A stretch of 64,000 bases of DNA from Candidatus Cloacimonadota bacterium (GCA_020532545.1 JAJBAW010000006.1:1025-65024), one strand, 5' to 3'; positions 38,801 to 47,253 are shown, counted from the first letter of the stretch. Notes: generated from the letters alone by a model not told the origin. Made by a program: numbers and translations.

Positions 38801-39614
38801 CATTGCCGTTGTAAATCACCATTCCACCGCCTGGGATGGGGCTGCCAACAGCATAGCTGGTCCCGTACGCCGGGTTGCCGAAAGTGTTTGTGCTGCTATA
38901 GGCTATCACCACACTGTTCTGCGCGGCATTGTGAATCCAGGAGAGCTTGATTTGGGATGCACTGATAGCGGTAGCCGTCACACTGGTGGGATCGGCTATC
39001 ACATCCATTTCGAACCGGATCTGGCTGAGGGTACCGGTTCTGGTCCCGGCTCCGGGTGAGACCGGATTGATATTATTATTTCCGTTCACGTACAAGCCAG
39101 TATTCGGTCCGCTTGAATTGCCACTCCAGTTACCTGCCACATTGGCCTTTCCGCTTGTGTTTTCATCTACGGCAACCACCAGGTTGTCGATATTGTTATA
39201 GTAAAATGGGGTCTCGAAGGTAGCTACAACCCATCTGGCATTCAACGAATACCAGGTAGGCATATTTACTGTGCCAGTAAATACTTTAGTGAGATTATCT
39301 ACCGTCACCCAATCATTATTGTTATCAAAACTGGCCTTAGTAGTATGCCCTATATACAGGTCCCAAGAGTTGCTATTGGCATATCCACCTGCACCACCCT
39401 GATGCCAAAAACTTATGGATTTGATCCACCCGGGCTGGTTTATATCGTCCTGGATGTAGATCTGCTGTGAATAACTATAGTTGCTGTTGGCCTGTATCGG
39501 CAGGACGGTCGTTATGATATTCCCATCGCCTACCGTGACAGTAATCGCCCACGAAGCAGTAAATGCTATCAGGAGCAGGCACAGTGTCATTATCGCTTTA
39601 AGCGGTTTTCTCAT
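35865..39614 (-). CDS. 1249-aa secreted multidomain protein with an agmatine deiminase/Porphyromonas-type peptidylarginine deiminase-family domain and a T9SS sorting domain
   Basis: It has a signal peptide. The guanidino-modifying enzyme motifs are YWTRDYGP, ATGGNIMTDGHG, DHIDCHAKLLD and AFHCRVNT (candidate catalytic Cys). The C-terminus is NSAYPNPFNP...IYNARGQLV...GVYLIRMDSAGKTSTRKVVLSK. Confidence 0.8.
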   Translation of the reverse strand: MRKPLKAIMTLCLLLIAFTASWAITVTVGDGNIITTVLPIQANSNYSYSQQIYIQDDINQPGWIKSISFWHQGGAGGYANSNSWDLYIGHTTKASFDNNNDWVTVDNLTKVFTGTVNMPTWYSLNARWVVATFETPFYYNNIDNLVVAVDENTSGKANVAGNWSGNSSGPNTGLYVNGNNNINPVSPGAGTRTGTLSQIRFEMDVIADPTSVTATAISASQIKLSWIHNAAQNSVVIAYSSTNTFGNPAYGTSYAVGSPIPGGGMVIYNGNGSSFSHTPLDEDTMYYYKLWSVGNNGTQTIAYSTGVTTSARTLAPIPPASTPRFVAEWEQGEGVIIAYTGRFGLPYSMIADLSNRGKVYVLGTSGNQRTASNLLASNGVNMSNVNYIARNGVDTYWTRDYGPLTIFDANGEMGIVDFRYNRNRSYDDAVNSVLDNYFGINYSSMPLVATGGNIMTDGHGKMMSTTMIQTENDGIQNSQVTEYNYTLSQIEDLVEQYLGVTEYIMYADPLANSSIDHIDCHAKLLDVDKVMIARVPSNHANYAALEATVAVWQSKTSSYGTPYRIFRFNQSSANEPYANSFIFNKKIYVPQWNSTASSYDTAAIAAYQNAMPGYEVQGYYNNISNSAWLSDDAFHCRVNTKFDENMLFVHHIPVRSANANGTVSIDADITPTSLVEASGTYVSYRYKNDSNSISTAWVTVPLSLVSGNTWSVDIPAPGVGVSLQYTIRATDSAGRTYDRSLCGRDDPFIVSIEEYHYRSVVTDGNWDALSTWEYSTDLSTWNAASEAPRSGNSSSITVMDTDTVTLGSSVDADQVTIQSGGKLIVPAGITLTVKDGPETDLVINGNLTLTGVLAFSAGANSSGANSTIEFNGSIPQVAGTGFPQEVKNLIINNPAGVTIPDATVVTGTLTQTSGTISGASNVDGYHSESLNHVDFPETGNIISGWSIAMTTPSLQPERIDRQWVISGSYTGSKTVTFYWNETDDGYFDWSSLEAAVYIDDIKYQTSAVNVLGAQRSITLSFAAFNASTKSDRAGATYTIGRGDGGTLPVELSSFTVALHSFNQVKLQWVTQSETNVSGFRIYRNTENLLETAQMLNHFIPATNTSQMKMYIATDKEIYEEGTYYYWLENVDLNGQSDYHGPIHIKVTFTDAPTPEVPLIQGINSAYPNPFNPIVNITCGMQKGGQTTVQIYNARGQLVKTLFSGSRDKGKFLLQWDGSDQQNLKLPSGVYLIRMDSAGKTSTRKVVLSK

Positions 39615-40075
39615 TGTATATTACCTCTGTATTATATTCAATATTTTTAAAGTTTATGCGTTTACTATTGGGCCATTCCCCACAGATGTTCAGGGCTCGG
39701 CAATTCAGTTCCAACTGTTAGTGATTATTCCCAGTAAATGTCCTTCATGTTTTTTATAATGTTGGCTGCAGTTTGGTATTAATCACCAGCTCAGCCGAGC
39801 CTCTTTTTCCATATAGGCATTCATCGTCAAGTTAAATCCCATATCTGCAAGATATATTTCAGCTCTTAGCTAGCTATAGACAGGGTTTTAGGAAGATTCG
39901 CGCATTGTTTGCAGGAACTTATGTGTTTTTGAGATCACCAACAAAACTATGGTTCTAAGGAGGAGCTTAAGGTCTCCCAATTCTGCTTTGCATATAATCA
40001 CAAGCAAATGTGTACCAAACAGAGTCTGGCACTCAGTCAAAACTCCCGCTCCTAAAGCCAGATTCCCATAAAACT

Positions 40076-40100
40076 AAAAAAGGCGGGGATCAATCCCGCC
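40076..40100 (-). terminator. intrinsic terminator after 40127-40753
   Basis: On the minus strand there is a GC stem (ggcggg / cccgcc, 6 bp, 7-nt loop) followed by TTTTTT. Confidence 0.65.
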
Positions 40101-40126
40101 CTACGCTATTATCAATGTTATTATGC

Positions 40127-40753
40127 TTATACCTCGATCCCCTGATCCCGCAATGCACACAGATACTGAATCACGTTTTCAGACCAGAGCTTGCCCACCG
40201 GACTATCCTCATAGGCCTGGAAGCTTTGCAGGAGGAGCACTCTGCTGGCCATATCGGTATCGAATTCCAAGGCCTCCATCTCTTTTTTCAGAGGGGCAAT
40301 CTTACGTTGATAAGTGCCGCTGTCTATTTCGCCGGATTTTAGGTTACGCTTGAACGCCTTGAGATCCTCAGCAATAGCATCCATACGCTGTTTTTTACTC
40401 ACCGCCACAGGATCCAGATGCTCTGCATAATGTGCAGCTTTCTCAAACTCCGCCAGGGTAGCCAGCAATTCCGCCTTGTGTTCCTCCACATAAAGGCAAA
40501 ATCTGTAAAGATCGTCCAGGATCTCTGCGGCTTTGGCAGCTCCGGCAGGGCCTGAATAGTTGCGAAACTGCCGCAGGGGAATCGGGACATTGCCGGAGCT
40601 TTGGCTAATCCCTTGATAGGGACTGGTGATGCTGATGGCGATCTCTCCTGAATTGCGCTCCAGGATTTTGCCGGTCACGATTACTGTGCCAATTTCGACT
40701 TCTATATGGTCATCTTCAATTTTGAGCTTCGAAAGATCGGGTGTATTGTTCAT
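40127..40753 (-). CDS. hypothetical protein (no family recognised)
   Basis: 208 aa from the second ATG (40753), which has GGAGGA 5 nt upstream; the ORF-track start is 40765. The C-terminal half is predicted helical/coiled. It lies downstream of the PARG-like gene. Confidence 0.6.
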   Translation of the reverse strand: MNNTPDLSKLKIEDDHIEVEIGTVIVTGKILERNSGEIAISITSPYQGISQSSGNVPIPLRQFRNYSGPAGAAKAAEILDDLYRFCLYVEEHKAELLATLAEFEKAAHYAEHLDPVAVSKKQRMDAIAEDLKAFKRNLKSGEIDSGTYQRKIAPLKKEMEALEFDTDMASRVLLLQSFQAYEDSPVGKLWSENVIQYLCALRDQGIEV

Positions 40754-40804
40754 GGGTTCCTCCATAGATTGTCTTAAAATTCAGTGCTGTTGCAAAAGAT
40801 CTCG

Positions 40805-40831
40805 CGCAGATCACGCAGATTACGCAGATTA
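40805..40831 (+). repeat. 3 x 9-nt tandem repeat CGCAGAT(C/T)A
   Basis: The units are cgcagatca, cgcagatta and cgcagatta, read directly. They lie immediately 5' of family B copy 40840-40885. Confidence 0.9.
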
Positions 40832-40839
40832 TTGGTTTT

Positions 40840-40885
40840 CTTTATCCGGGTAAATCCGTCTGATCCGCAATATCCGTGTGACTAT
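40840..40885 (+). repeat. ATCCG-phased repeat family B, reference copy
   Basis: The sequence is ctttATCCGggtaaATCCGtctgATCCGcaatATCCGtgtgactat, with four ATCCG words at 9-10 nt spacing. Confidence 0.8.
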
Positions 40886-40921
40886 TTTCTTACCAACTCT
40901 TTGACCAGCGCGCAGTGTTAT

Positions 40922-41887
40922 CTAATTAAATTCCAGTTGGAAGGGCAGCAGATTGCCTTGAGGATTATGCCGCGAGTGGCCATGACTAACTCCCAAGATG
41001 GCAAATACGACCAGCTTGAAAGCGCGCATAAATTCTGCTTCAGCCAAGACCTCACCAAAGAGCCGGGCTACGTGCTCCGGTGGATTCTGAAAAGCCCCGC
41101 AACCAAACGCACTCAGCACCAAAGCATCGTGGGAGTGGGCCAGCCCGATCCTGAGAATGGCGCGGATCTTCTCTTTGGCGGGCTCTATCTCCGGCATTGC
41201 CAGCTCCAACACCCCAGCTCTGCTTACGAGATCTGGATATGCAATGGCCGCCACGGTGATCAGATGCAGAGGATAGAGCTTATCCAATAAATAGTAACCC
41301 GTCTTTTCAGAAGATCTGAAGACACAGAGATCCGGAGAGTAAATGCCGCCGGATTCCTCCGGAATGGGATAGCTGAACTGACGATTGCGCTCAACCCGAT
41401 AGCGCGAAGCTGCATCCACAAACTGGAGCAGTGAGGTGAAGGCTGTGGACCTGCGGAAGATATTCTCCTCCTGCGTGCCGATGCCCTGTTCTACTAAGCC
41501 ACCGGGGATGTAGCTATCCGCCATATTCAGAACGGCCGGGCAATAGCCGGCAAGCTCAAGCAATCTGGCAGTTTCCAGGCAATCTGCCCCGATCGTAAAG
41601 ACCTCGGTATCAAAGCCCGGATTGAGCAGAGGTTTTTCAAGAACGCGGGTATCCGGATAAAACGTCGTAGAAGCCTGAGCTCTGCTGATAGCCTCATTAT
41701 CCAGAAGCACGGTCTTTCCACCGGCAGATCTATAGGCAGCAGCCTGCACAATCTCGATTGTGTTCGCATACACATCCCTCCGCAGCGAATCGCAAATACC
41801 ATGATCGTGTGAAGAGTCGTGAAAACCTTGTAACCATGAGCGATGATCCCAGTCTGGTGCTTGGGCAATAAGATTTGTTGATGGCAT
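40922..41887 (-). CDS. bacterial-type PARG-like macrodomain protein (TIGR02452/DUF2263-like)
   Basis: 321 aa. The segment VLNMADSYIPGGLVEQGIGTQEENIFRRS matches the bacterial PARG signature GG-x6-8-QEE. RBS AAGGAGAGG lies upstream. Confidence 0.7.
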   Translation of the reverse strand: MPSTNLIAQAPDWDHRSWLQGFHDSSHDHGICDSLRRDVYANTIEIVQAAAYRSAGGKTVLLDNEAISRAQASTTFYPDTRVLEKPLLNPGFDTEVFTIGADCLETARLLELAGYCPAVLNMADSYIPGGLVEQGIGTQEENIFRRSTAFTSLLQFVDAASRYRVERNRQFSYPIPEESGGIYSPDLCVFRSSEKTGYYLLDKLYPLHLITVAAIAYPDLVSRAGVLELAMPEIEPAKEKIRAILRIGLAHSHDALVLSAFGCGAFQNPPEHVARLFGEVLAEAEFMRAFKLVVFAILGVSHGHSRHNPQGNLLPFQLEFN

Positions 41888-42014
41888 TATTCCTCTCCTT
41901 TCGTTTAAAGCCTTAGTGATATTATAAACAGAAATGCAAAAAAGTGGAGAACATTTCTTGTATCTCTTACGATATCTCTGAAATCAAACGATTCCGGACC
42001 TCTGTCCAGACTGC

Positions 42015-42104
42015 TCTACCCCATTTGTTGTCGTGTAGATGACGTGGAGATAGCAGGAATAATTACTCTTATCTCCACGTCATATTCACCATGACGAATG
42101 GGGG
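42015..42104 (+). repeat. hairpin repeat family A, copy 3
   Basis: The inner 14-bp stem is perfect (42039-42052 with 42070-42083) and the outer stem is degenerate. An extra outer pairing joins ccccatt (42019-42025) and aatgggg (42098-42104). Confidence 0.8.
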
Positions 42105-42358
42105 AGGCTTCAGCAGCTTATGGGATGGGCTATCTGAAATAGCGCGCCTACAGCACACTTTTTTAATGCAGGCTGGGCTGAAGCGGAGTCTTGTTTTACT
42201 CCAAAACCCGAAATAACCCTCCGATTCAAGAATTATCTTGACAGAAGCATCCTCACATTTTAGCGTATTTCCTGTATGTAAAAAGACCTTATATCTATGT
42301 AAATGAACAGGATCGTTAGATCAATGGCCGACATAATAGCCACAAAAAAGGAACAGAT

Positions 42359-43450
42359 ATGAATACTTACCGCATAGAGTCATTCAGTAAGAGCGCCCTG
42401 CGCGAGCTGAGCGCAGAGCCCGGCTTCTGGAAGGATCCATCGCTCCCCTTTGGGCGGATCAGATTGCAGCAGTATCTAGCCAATCCCTATGCCGACGAGG
42501 ATGATATCTTATGGCTTTTCACCAGATCGGAGGAGGGAATCATCGCTTATTTGGGCATGGTGCAGGATTATGTTTTGCTGAAGGGACAGCGGCAAAAGAT
42601 CAATTGGATCACCAGCCAGTGGGTGCATCCCGGCCATAGAGGCACAGGCCTGGGCGATGAACAGCTCAAAAAGGCCCGGGAATGTAATGCACATTTCGCC
42701 GGCAATTCAGGCACTCCCATCTCGCTAGGCAGGGCGATGAAATACCATGACATGCGGAAATACACCGAGCGGGCGCGCAGCTTTTATCTGTGCAATCTCA
42801 ATGCCTCCATCCTGCAAGATTTTGGCTACTTGAAGCCCGTGGTGAAAGCTATCTTACCCCTGGGACAGGCCATCCTGGGCGCAATCTATAAGTTTAAACT
42901 ACGCTCTTGGCTCAAGCGCCGGCAGCCTTGCCAGCTGAGGATCGAGTATCTGAATCAACCGGACTCCGAATCTCTTGCTTTCTTACAGGAGTTTTGGGCA
43001 GAAGATTTTGCCCTGCACAGCCCCGAGTCTTTTGAATGGCGGTGCAATAACCTGGTCCATACCCCTCGTCTGAAAGGAATCCAGGCTGCGCGCAAGACCT
43101 ACTTTGGCAATCTGGGCTACTCGCATCAGACATTTAATCTGAAACTGCTGTATGAGGGCAAGATGATCGGCTATCTGAATCTCGTGATCAGCGATAAAGT
43201 ACTGAAACTGCCCTATTTCTATCTGGACAGCGGCTATACTGAGCAGTTTATGAGCTTTCTGGGCACAGTGGTCTTACACAATGAAATTCAGGCAATCTAC
43301 AGCCAGCATCCGGGCTTTAACTCTCTGATGCAAGAGCAGCGCTTTCCCCGTTTTTACACGAAGTCCTACCCGATGCCGGTGCTGATCTCCGCTGCTTTGG
43401 AAGGGCTGGAGCCAGGCAAAGTGGTGCAGGATGGCGATGGTGCCTTTTAA
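42359..43450 (+). CDS. GNAT family N-acetyltransferase (large, two-lobed)
   Basis: 363 aa with the motif A-like segment QWVHPGHRGTGLGDEQLKKA. Confidence 0.65.
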   Translation: MNTYRIESFSKSALRELSAEPGFWKDPSLPFGRIRLQQYLANPYADEDDILWLFTRSEEGIIAYLGMVQDYVLLKGQRQKINWITSQWVHPGHRGTGLGDEQLKKARECNAHFAGNSGTPISLGRAMKYHDMRKYTERARSFYLCNLNASILQDFGYLKPVVKAILPLGQAILGAIYKFKLRSWLKRRQPCQLRIEYLNQPDSESLAFLQEFWAEDFALHSPESFEWRCNNLVHTPRLKGIQAARKTYFGNLGYSHQTFNLKLLYEGKMIGYLNLVISDKVLKLPYFYLDSGYTEQFMSFLGTVVLHNEIQAIYSQHPGFNSLMQEQRFPRFYTKSYPMPVLISAALEGLEPGKVVQDGDGAF

Positions 43451-44381
43451 ATCTTTCAGCCTGTTCCCGCTCCGGGGCTCGCATTTGGTGCTTTACTATC
43501 ACCGGGTGGGCGATGGTGGAGCCGAATTTTATCCGGGGGGAATAAAGAGCGCAGAGCTCTTGCAAGCGATACAAGGCCTTCTGGAGCTGGGTTTTCGTTT
43601 TTGTTCCCTGAGCGAAGCCTATGGAAAAGCTGGATCAAAAAAGGAGTTTACCATCAGCCTCACCAGTGATGACGGCCTGGCCTCAAATCACGAAATCGTG
43701 CTACCCATAGCAAAGAAATACGGCATCCCTCTCACCCTGTTTGTGATTGGCAAATGCCTGGACAATCAGGCCTTAGCCTGGAATCATAAACTCATCCAGA
43801 TCCGCAGGCACAGCAGTGAAGAAACATTGCAATCTGCACTCTCAAATCTGGGTTCCCGCTTTCAGATCAGTGAGGAAGGCAGCCTCAGCCAAAGGATTTT
43901 CAGCGTGGCAGATAGCCAAAAAGACGAATTTGTGGACCTGCTCTGGGACAGCTTTTGCCCCGAGACGCAAAACGAATTTCTGCAACGTACTCAGCCCTTT
44001 TTAAGCGCAGCGCAGATGCAGGATTTACAGGACAACGGAGCCGAATTCGCCCTGCACAGCCACAGCCATGCCGATTTCAGCCGGCTCAGCTATCCTCAGA
44101 TACTGAATGAGCTTAGGGCAAATCAGGCGCTGTTGGCAGATTATGTCCGGCAACCAGTCCCCTTCTTTGCCTTCCCCTATGGGCGTGAATGCAAAGGAGA
44201 TTTGATCCCGAAGCTTTGTCGTGATGCCGGGCTAAAAGCCGCTCTGGGTTTCCGCTACCGTATATCTGACAATCGCAGGCAAAACGCTCTCTGGCAAAGG
44301 CTTCCCCTGGAATCAGCCCACGCCTTGAGCCTGGAACAACTGCTTTTGCGTCCGCTGGCCAGAGTTCTGAAACCCCGCTAA
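43431..44381 (+). CDS. polysaccharide deacetylase (NodB homology domain)
   Basis: 316 aa with TSDDG (the NodB Asp-Asp motif) and HSHSHAD (the His motif). It overlaps the upstream gene by 20 nt. Confidence 0.75.
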   Translation: MAMVPFKSFSLFPLRGSHLVLYYHRVGDGGAEFYPGGIKSAELLQAIQGLLELGFRFCSLSEAYGKAGSKKEFTISLTSDDGLASNHEIVLPIAKKYGIPLTLFVIGKCLDNQALAWNHKLIQIRRHSSEETLQSALSNLGSRFQISEEGSLSQRIFSVADSQKDEFVDLLWDSFCPETQNEFLQRTQPFLSAAQMQDLQDNGAEFALHSHSHADFSRLSYPQILNELRANQALLADYVRQPVPFFAFPYGRECKGDLIPKLCRDAGLKAALGFRYRISDNRRQNALWQRLPLESAHALSLEQLLLRPLARVLKPR

Positions 44382-44477
44382 AGCCACAGACTACAGAAAG
44401 TTCTTGACAACAACAGCCCCTGTAGAATCTTTATAGTTCAGCTTTTATAAAAATAGTCGTCAAGGAGAAATGCTAAG

Positions 44478-46010
44478 ATGTTAAAGACTTCAATCGCTCC
44501 GGATGGGAAAGAATTTCATCTCCCCACCGAAGAAGAAAATGAAAAGGAACGTAAACTTTTAGTTAAAATCACTAAAGAAGAGCGCGCCAAAGGCAGAAAG
44601 ATTGTTGCCGTACAAGGCCTGGGCTTTGTAGGCTGCGTAATGGCCGCTGTGGTGGCAGATGCCACCGATAAAGACGGCAATCCTATTTATTATGTTCATG
44701 GACACCAACGTCCCTCCAAACGTTCGTTCTGGAAGGTTCCGGTAATCAATTCCGGCGTGACCCCGGTGAATTCTTCCGATCCGGAAGTACCGGAGATTTT
44801 TCAGCGCACTGTGGTGGAAAAGAAGAACTTACGCGCCACCAGTGTAGATAGTGTCTATAGCCTGGTGGATGTGGTGGTAGTTGATATTCAGCTCGATGCC
44901 ACGAAACCAGCCTTTGGCGAAGCCGAAAAAGGCTATTGCGATATCACTGCTTTCAGAGAAGGCATCCGCATGTTGGGCAAGAACATCAATCCCGAAACTC
45001 TGGTATTGGTGGAGACCACCGTGCCCCCGGGAACCTGCGAAAAAATAGTCAAGCCCATACTGGAAGAAGAATTTACCAAACGCGGTATCGATATTGCGCA
45101 AAATCCGCCCTTGGTCGCACACTCTTATGAACGGGTGATGCCCGGCTCGAAGTATGTCTCTTCCATCCGCGATTTCTGGCGGGTATTCTCCGGAGTAAAC
45201 CAAAAGAGTATCGATCTCTGCCGTGAATTCCTCAGCAATGTGCTGAACGTGGAGAAATTCCCCCTTACCCAGCTAGACAGCACAAACGCCTCCGAGCTTT
45301 CCAAGACCATGGAAAATAGCTATCGGGCTACCAATATTGCCCTTACTTTGGAATGGGCGCGTTTTGCCGAGCAGATCGGAGTGGATATCTTCAAAGTCCG
45401 CGATGCGATCCGCAAACGCAAAGGCACACATGACAATATGCTACGCCCCTCTTTGGGAGTGGGTGGATACTGCCTTACCAAGGATCCCGTGCTCGCAAAC
45501 TGGGCCATGAGCGCTCTCTTTGACCTTCCCGGTCAGCTCTCGGTGGCCATCAACAGCGTAAATATCAACGATACCATGCCCCTGCATACCATAGACATCA
45601 TCAAAAAGGAATTCGATGAGATCAAGAATCTCAAAATCACCTTATTGGGCGTTAGCTATCTGGAAAATGTAGGTGATACGCGTCACAGCCCCTCCAAGAC
45701 CCTGGTGGAATTTTTGCGTAAAGATCTGGCCCGCGTTCGGGCTCACGATCCTTATGTGGAGCATTGGGACGAACTGGAAGAGGTAACGGTGGAAAAAGAC
45801 CTGGCGGCTACTCTGGAAGGCGCCCAAGTGGTGATCCTGGCCGTGGGACACGATCAATACAAGAAGCTGGAGCCCAAAGAATTGGTCGATATGTGCAAGA
45901 CTCGTCCGCTCATCGTCGATTGCTCAAACTTCCTGGATGACACCAAAATCAATAAATACAAAGGCTTGGGCTGCAAAGTCCGCGGCGTGGGTAAAGGCCA
46001 CATCGTATAA
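44478..46010 (+). CDS. nucleotide-sugar dehydrogenase (UDP-glucose/GDP-mannose dehydrogenase family)
   Basis: 510 aa with the Rossmann segment VAVQGLGFVGCVMA and the catalytic-Cys region GVGGYCLTKDP. RBS AAGGAG lies upstream. Confidence 0.85.
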   Translation: MLKTSIAPDGKEFHLPTEEENEKERKLLVKITKEERAKGRKIVAVQGLGFVGCVMAAVVADATDKDGNPIYYVHGHQRPSKRSFWKVPVINSGVTPVNSSDPEVPEIFQRTVVEKKNLRATSVDSVYSLVDVVVVDIQLDATKPAFGEAEKGYCDITAFREGIRMLGKNINPETLVLVETTVPPGTCEKIVKPILEEEFTKRGIDIAQNPPLVAHSYERVMPGSKYVSSIRDFWRVFSGVNQKSIDLCREFLSNVLNVEKFPLTQLDSTNASELSKTMENSYRATNIALTLEWARFAEQIGVDIFKVRDAIRKRKGTHDNMLRPSLGVGGYCLTKDPVLANWAMSALFDLPGQLSVAINSVNINDTMPLHTIDIIKKEFDEIKNLKITLLGVSYLENVGDTRHSPSKTLVEFLRKDLARVRAHDPYVEHWDELEEVTVEKDLAATLEGAQVVILAVGHDQYKKLEPKELVDMCKTRPLIVDCSNFLDDTKINKYKGLGCKVRGVGKGHIV

Positions 46011-46039
46011 AAACCCAAGTTTGCAATAGATATGAATAT

Positions 46040-46067
46040 GGGGCGAGGAAACTTCGCCCCTTTTTTT
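46040..46067 (+). terminator. intrinsic terminator after the nucleotide-sugar dehydrogenase gene
   Basis: The stem is ggggcga / tcgcccc (7 bp) with a 7-nt loop, followed by T7. Confidence 0.75.
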
Positions 46068-46077
46068 GAGGTGCAAG

Positions 46078-47253
46078 ATGGATATGAATGATGACCGGCA
46101 ATGGTGCTCTATAGAGCTCAAAGAGCTTCTGCGCGAAAGCCTGAGCCGCATGATCAAGGGCGAGTTTTCCTCCCATGCGGACGATCCCGTATTCATCACC
46201 CGGCAAAGCTATCCCATGTTTACCAAGGTCGATAATCTGCCGCTGTATCCAGAGTCGATCCCGGAGCTTGTTTCATCCTGGGCCAAGTTTGATCCTGCTC
46301 AAAAATTTATGCCAGAGGACATTCTGGTGCTGGATCTGGAAACCTCCGGCTTGGGCAGAGGCCGGACAGTAGGCATCATGATCGGCCTGGGCTATTATGA
46401 AGGCGGAAAGTTCTATGTGGAACAGATCTTCTTGCCCGATTTTGATGCAGAAGAAAACAGCTTTGATCGTCTGCGCGAGCTCTGTGAAACCCGCTCTTTA
46501 TTGATCACCTTCAACGGCAAAACCTTCGATGTGCCCGTGCTGGAATCCCGTTTGCTCTATCACCAGATCTGGCTGAATATCAGAGAGATGCAGCATCTGG
46601 ACTTACTGCACATCGCCAGACGGCTGTGGAAACGTAAATTGCCTTCCTGCGCCCTGGAAACCATCGAATACTACGTTTTGGGACACATCCGCGATCAGGC
46701 CCTGGATCTGCCTGGATGCGACATCCCTCAGGCCTACTTTAACTATCTTGCCACCGGTGAAACCGAACTGATCAGACGCATCTTTGTGCATAATCAGGAC
46801 GACATTCTGCATACGGCGGCGCTTTTCACCTTGATCTGTGATAGCTGTAACTATCCACCGGCCACAGGCTTGGATCCCCGCATCGATTATCATGCCCTGG
46901 CCCGGTTGTATCTCAGCCAAGAGCAGCCAGACATGGCCAAGCGCATCCTGCTTGATATGCTATCCCAAGGTATGGTGGACCCTGAGGCGCTCAACGAACT
47001 AGGCACCATTTACAAGAGAGAAAAAGACATCGAACAGGCTCTGGCCAGCTATCAAATTGCCGCAGAGCTCGAGCATCCTCCTTCCATGTTGGAATGCGCG
47101 AAAATCCTGGAGAGACAAAAGGATTTTGCTGTGGCCTTGAGCTTGAGCCAAAGAGTTCTGAGCTTGGAAGAAGGGCGCTATATGAGGGATTCCAAGCTGA
47201 TCTTCGAAGTACAAAAGCGCATAAACAGGCTGCAGAGAAAGCTGGCTAAATGA
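46078..47253 (+). CDS. RNase H-fold (YprB/DEDD exonuclease-like) protein with C-terminal TPR/Sel1-like repeats
   Basis: 391 aa from ATG 46078; the TTG at 46066 lies inside the terminator T-run. The motifs are LVLDLETSGL, FNGKTFDVPVLE and HNQDDIL, followed by helical repeats. Confidence 0.7.
   Translation: MDMNDDRQWCSIELKELLRESLSRMIKGEFSSHADDPVFITRQSYPMFTKVDNLPLYPESIPELVSSWAKFDPAQKFMPEDILVLDLETSGLGRGRTVGIMIGLGYYEGGKFYVEQIFLPDFDAEENSFDRLRELCETRSLLITFNGKTFDVPVLESRLLYHQIWLNIREMQHLDLLHIARRLWKRKLPSCALETIEYYVLGHIRDQALDLPGCDIPQAYFNYLATGETELIRRIFVHNQDDILHTAALFTLICDSCNYPPATGLDPRIDYHALARLYLSQEQPDMAKRILLDMLSQGMVDPEALNELGTIYKREKDIEQALASYQIAAELEHPPSMLECAKILERQKDFAVALSLSQRVLSLEEGRYMRDSKLIFEVQKRINRLQRKLAK

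Noticed and set aside
40840-40885. The ATCCG-phased repeats as a DnaA-box cluster or oriC.
   Set aside because: The words TTATCCGGG and TATCCGTGT match TTATCCACA at only about 6 of 9 positions. There is no dnaA or dnaN and no AT-rich unwinding element nearby. The motif occurs at three scattered loci.
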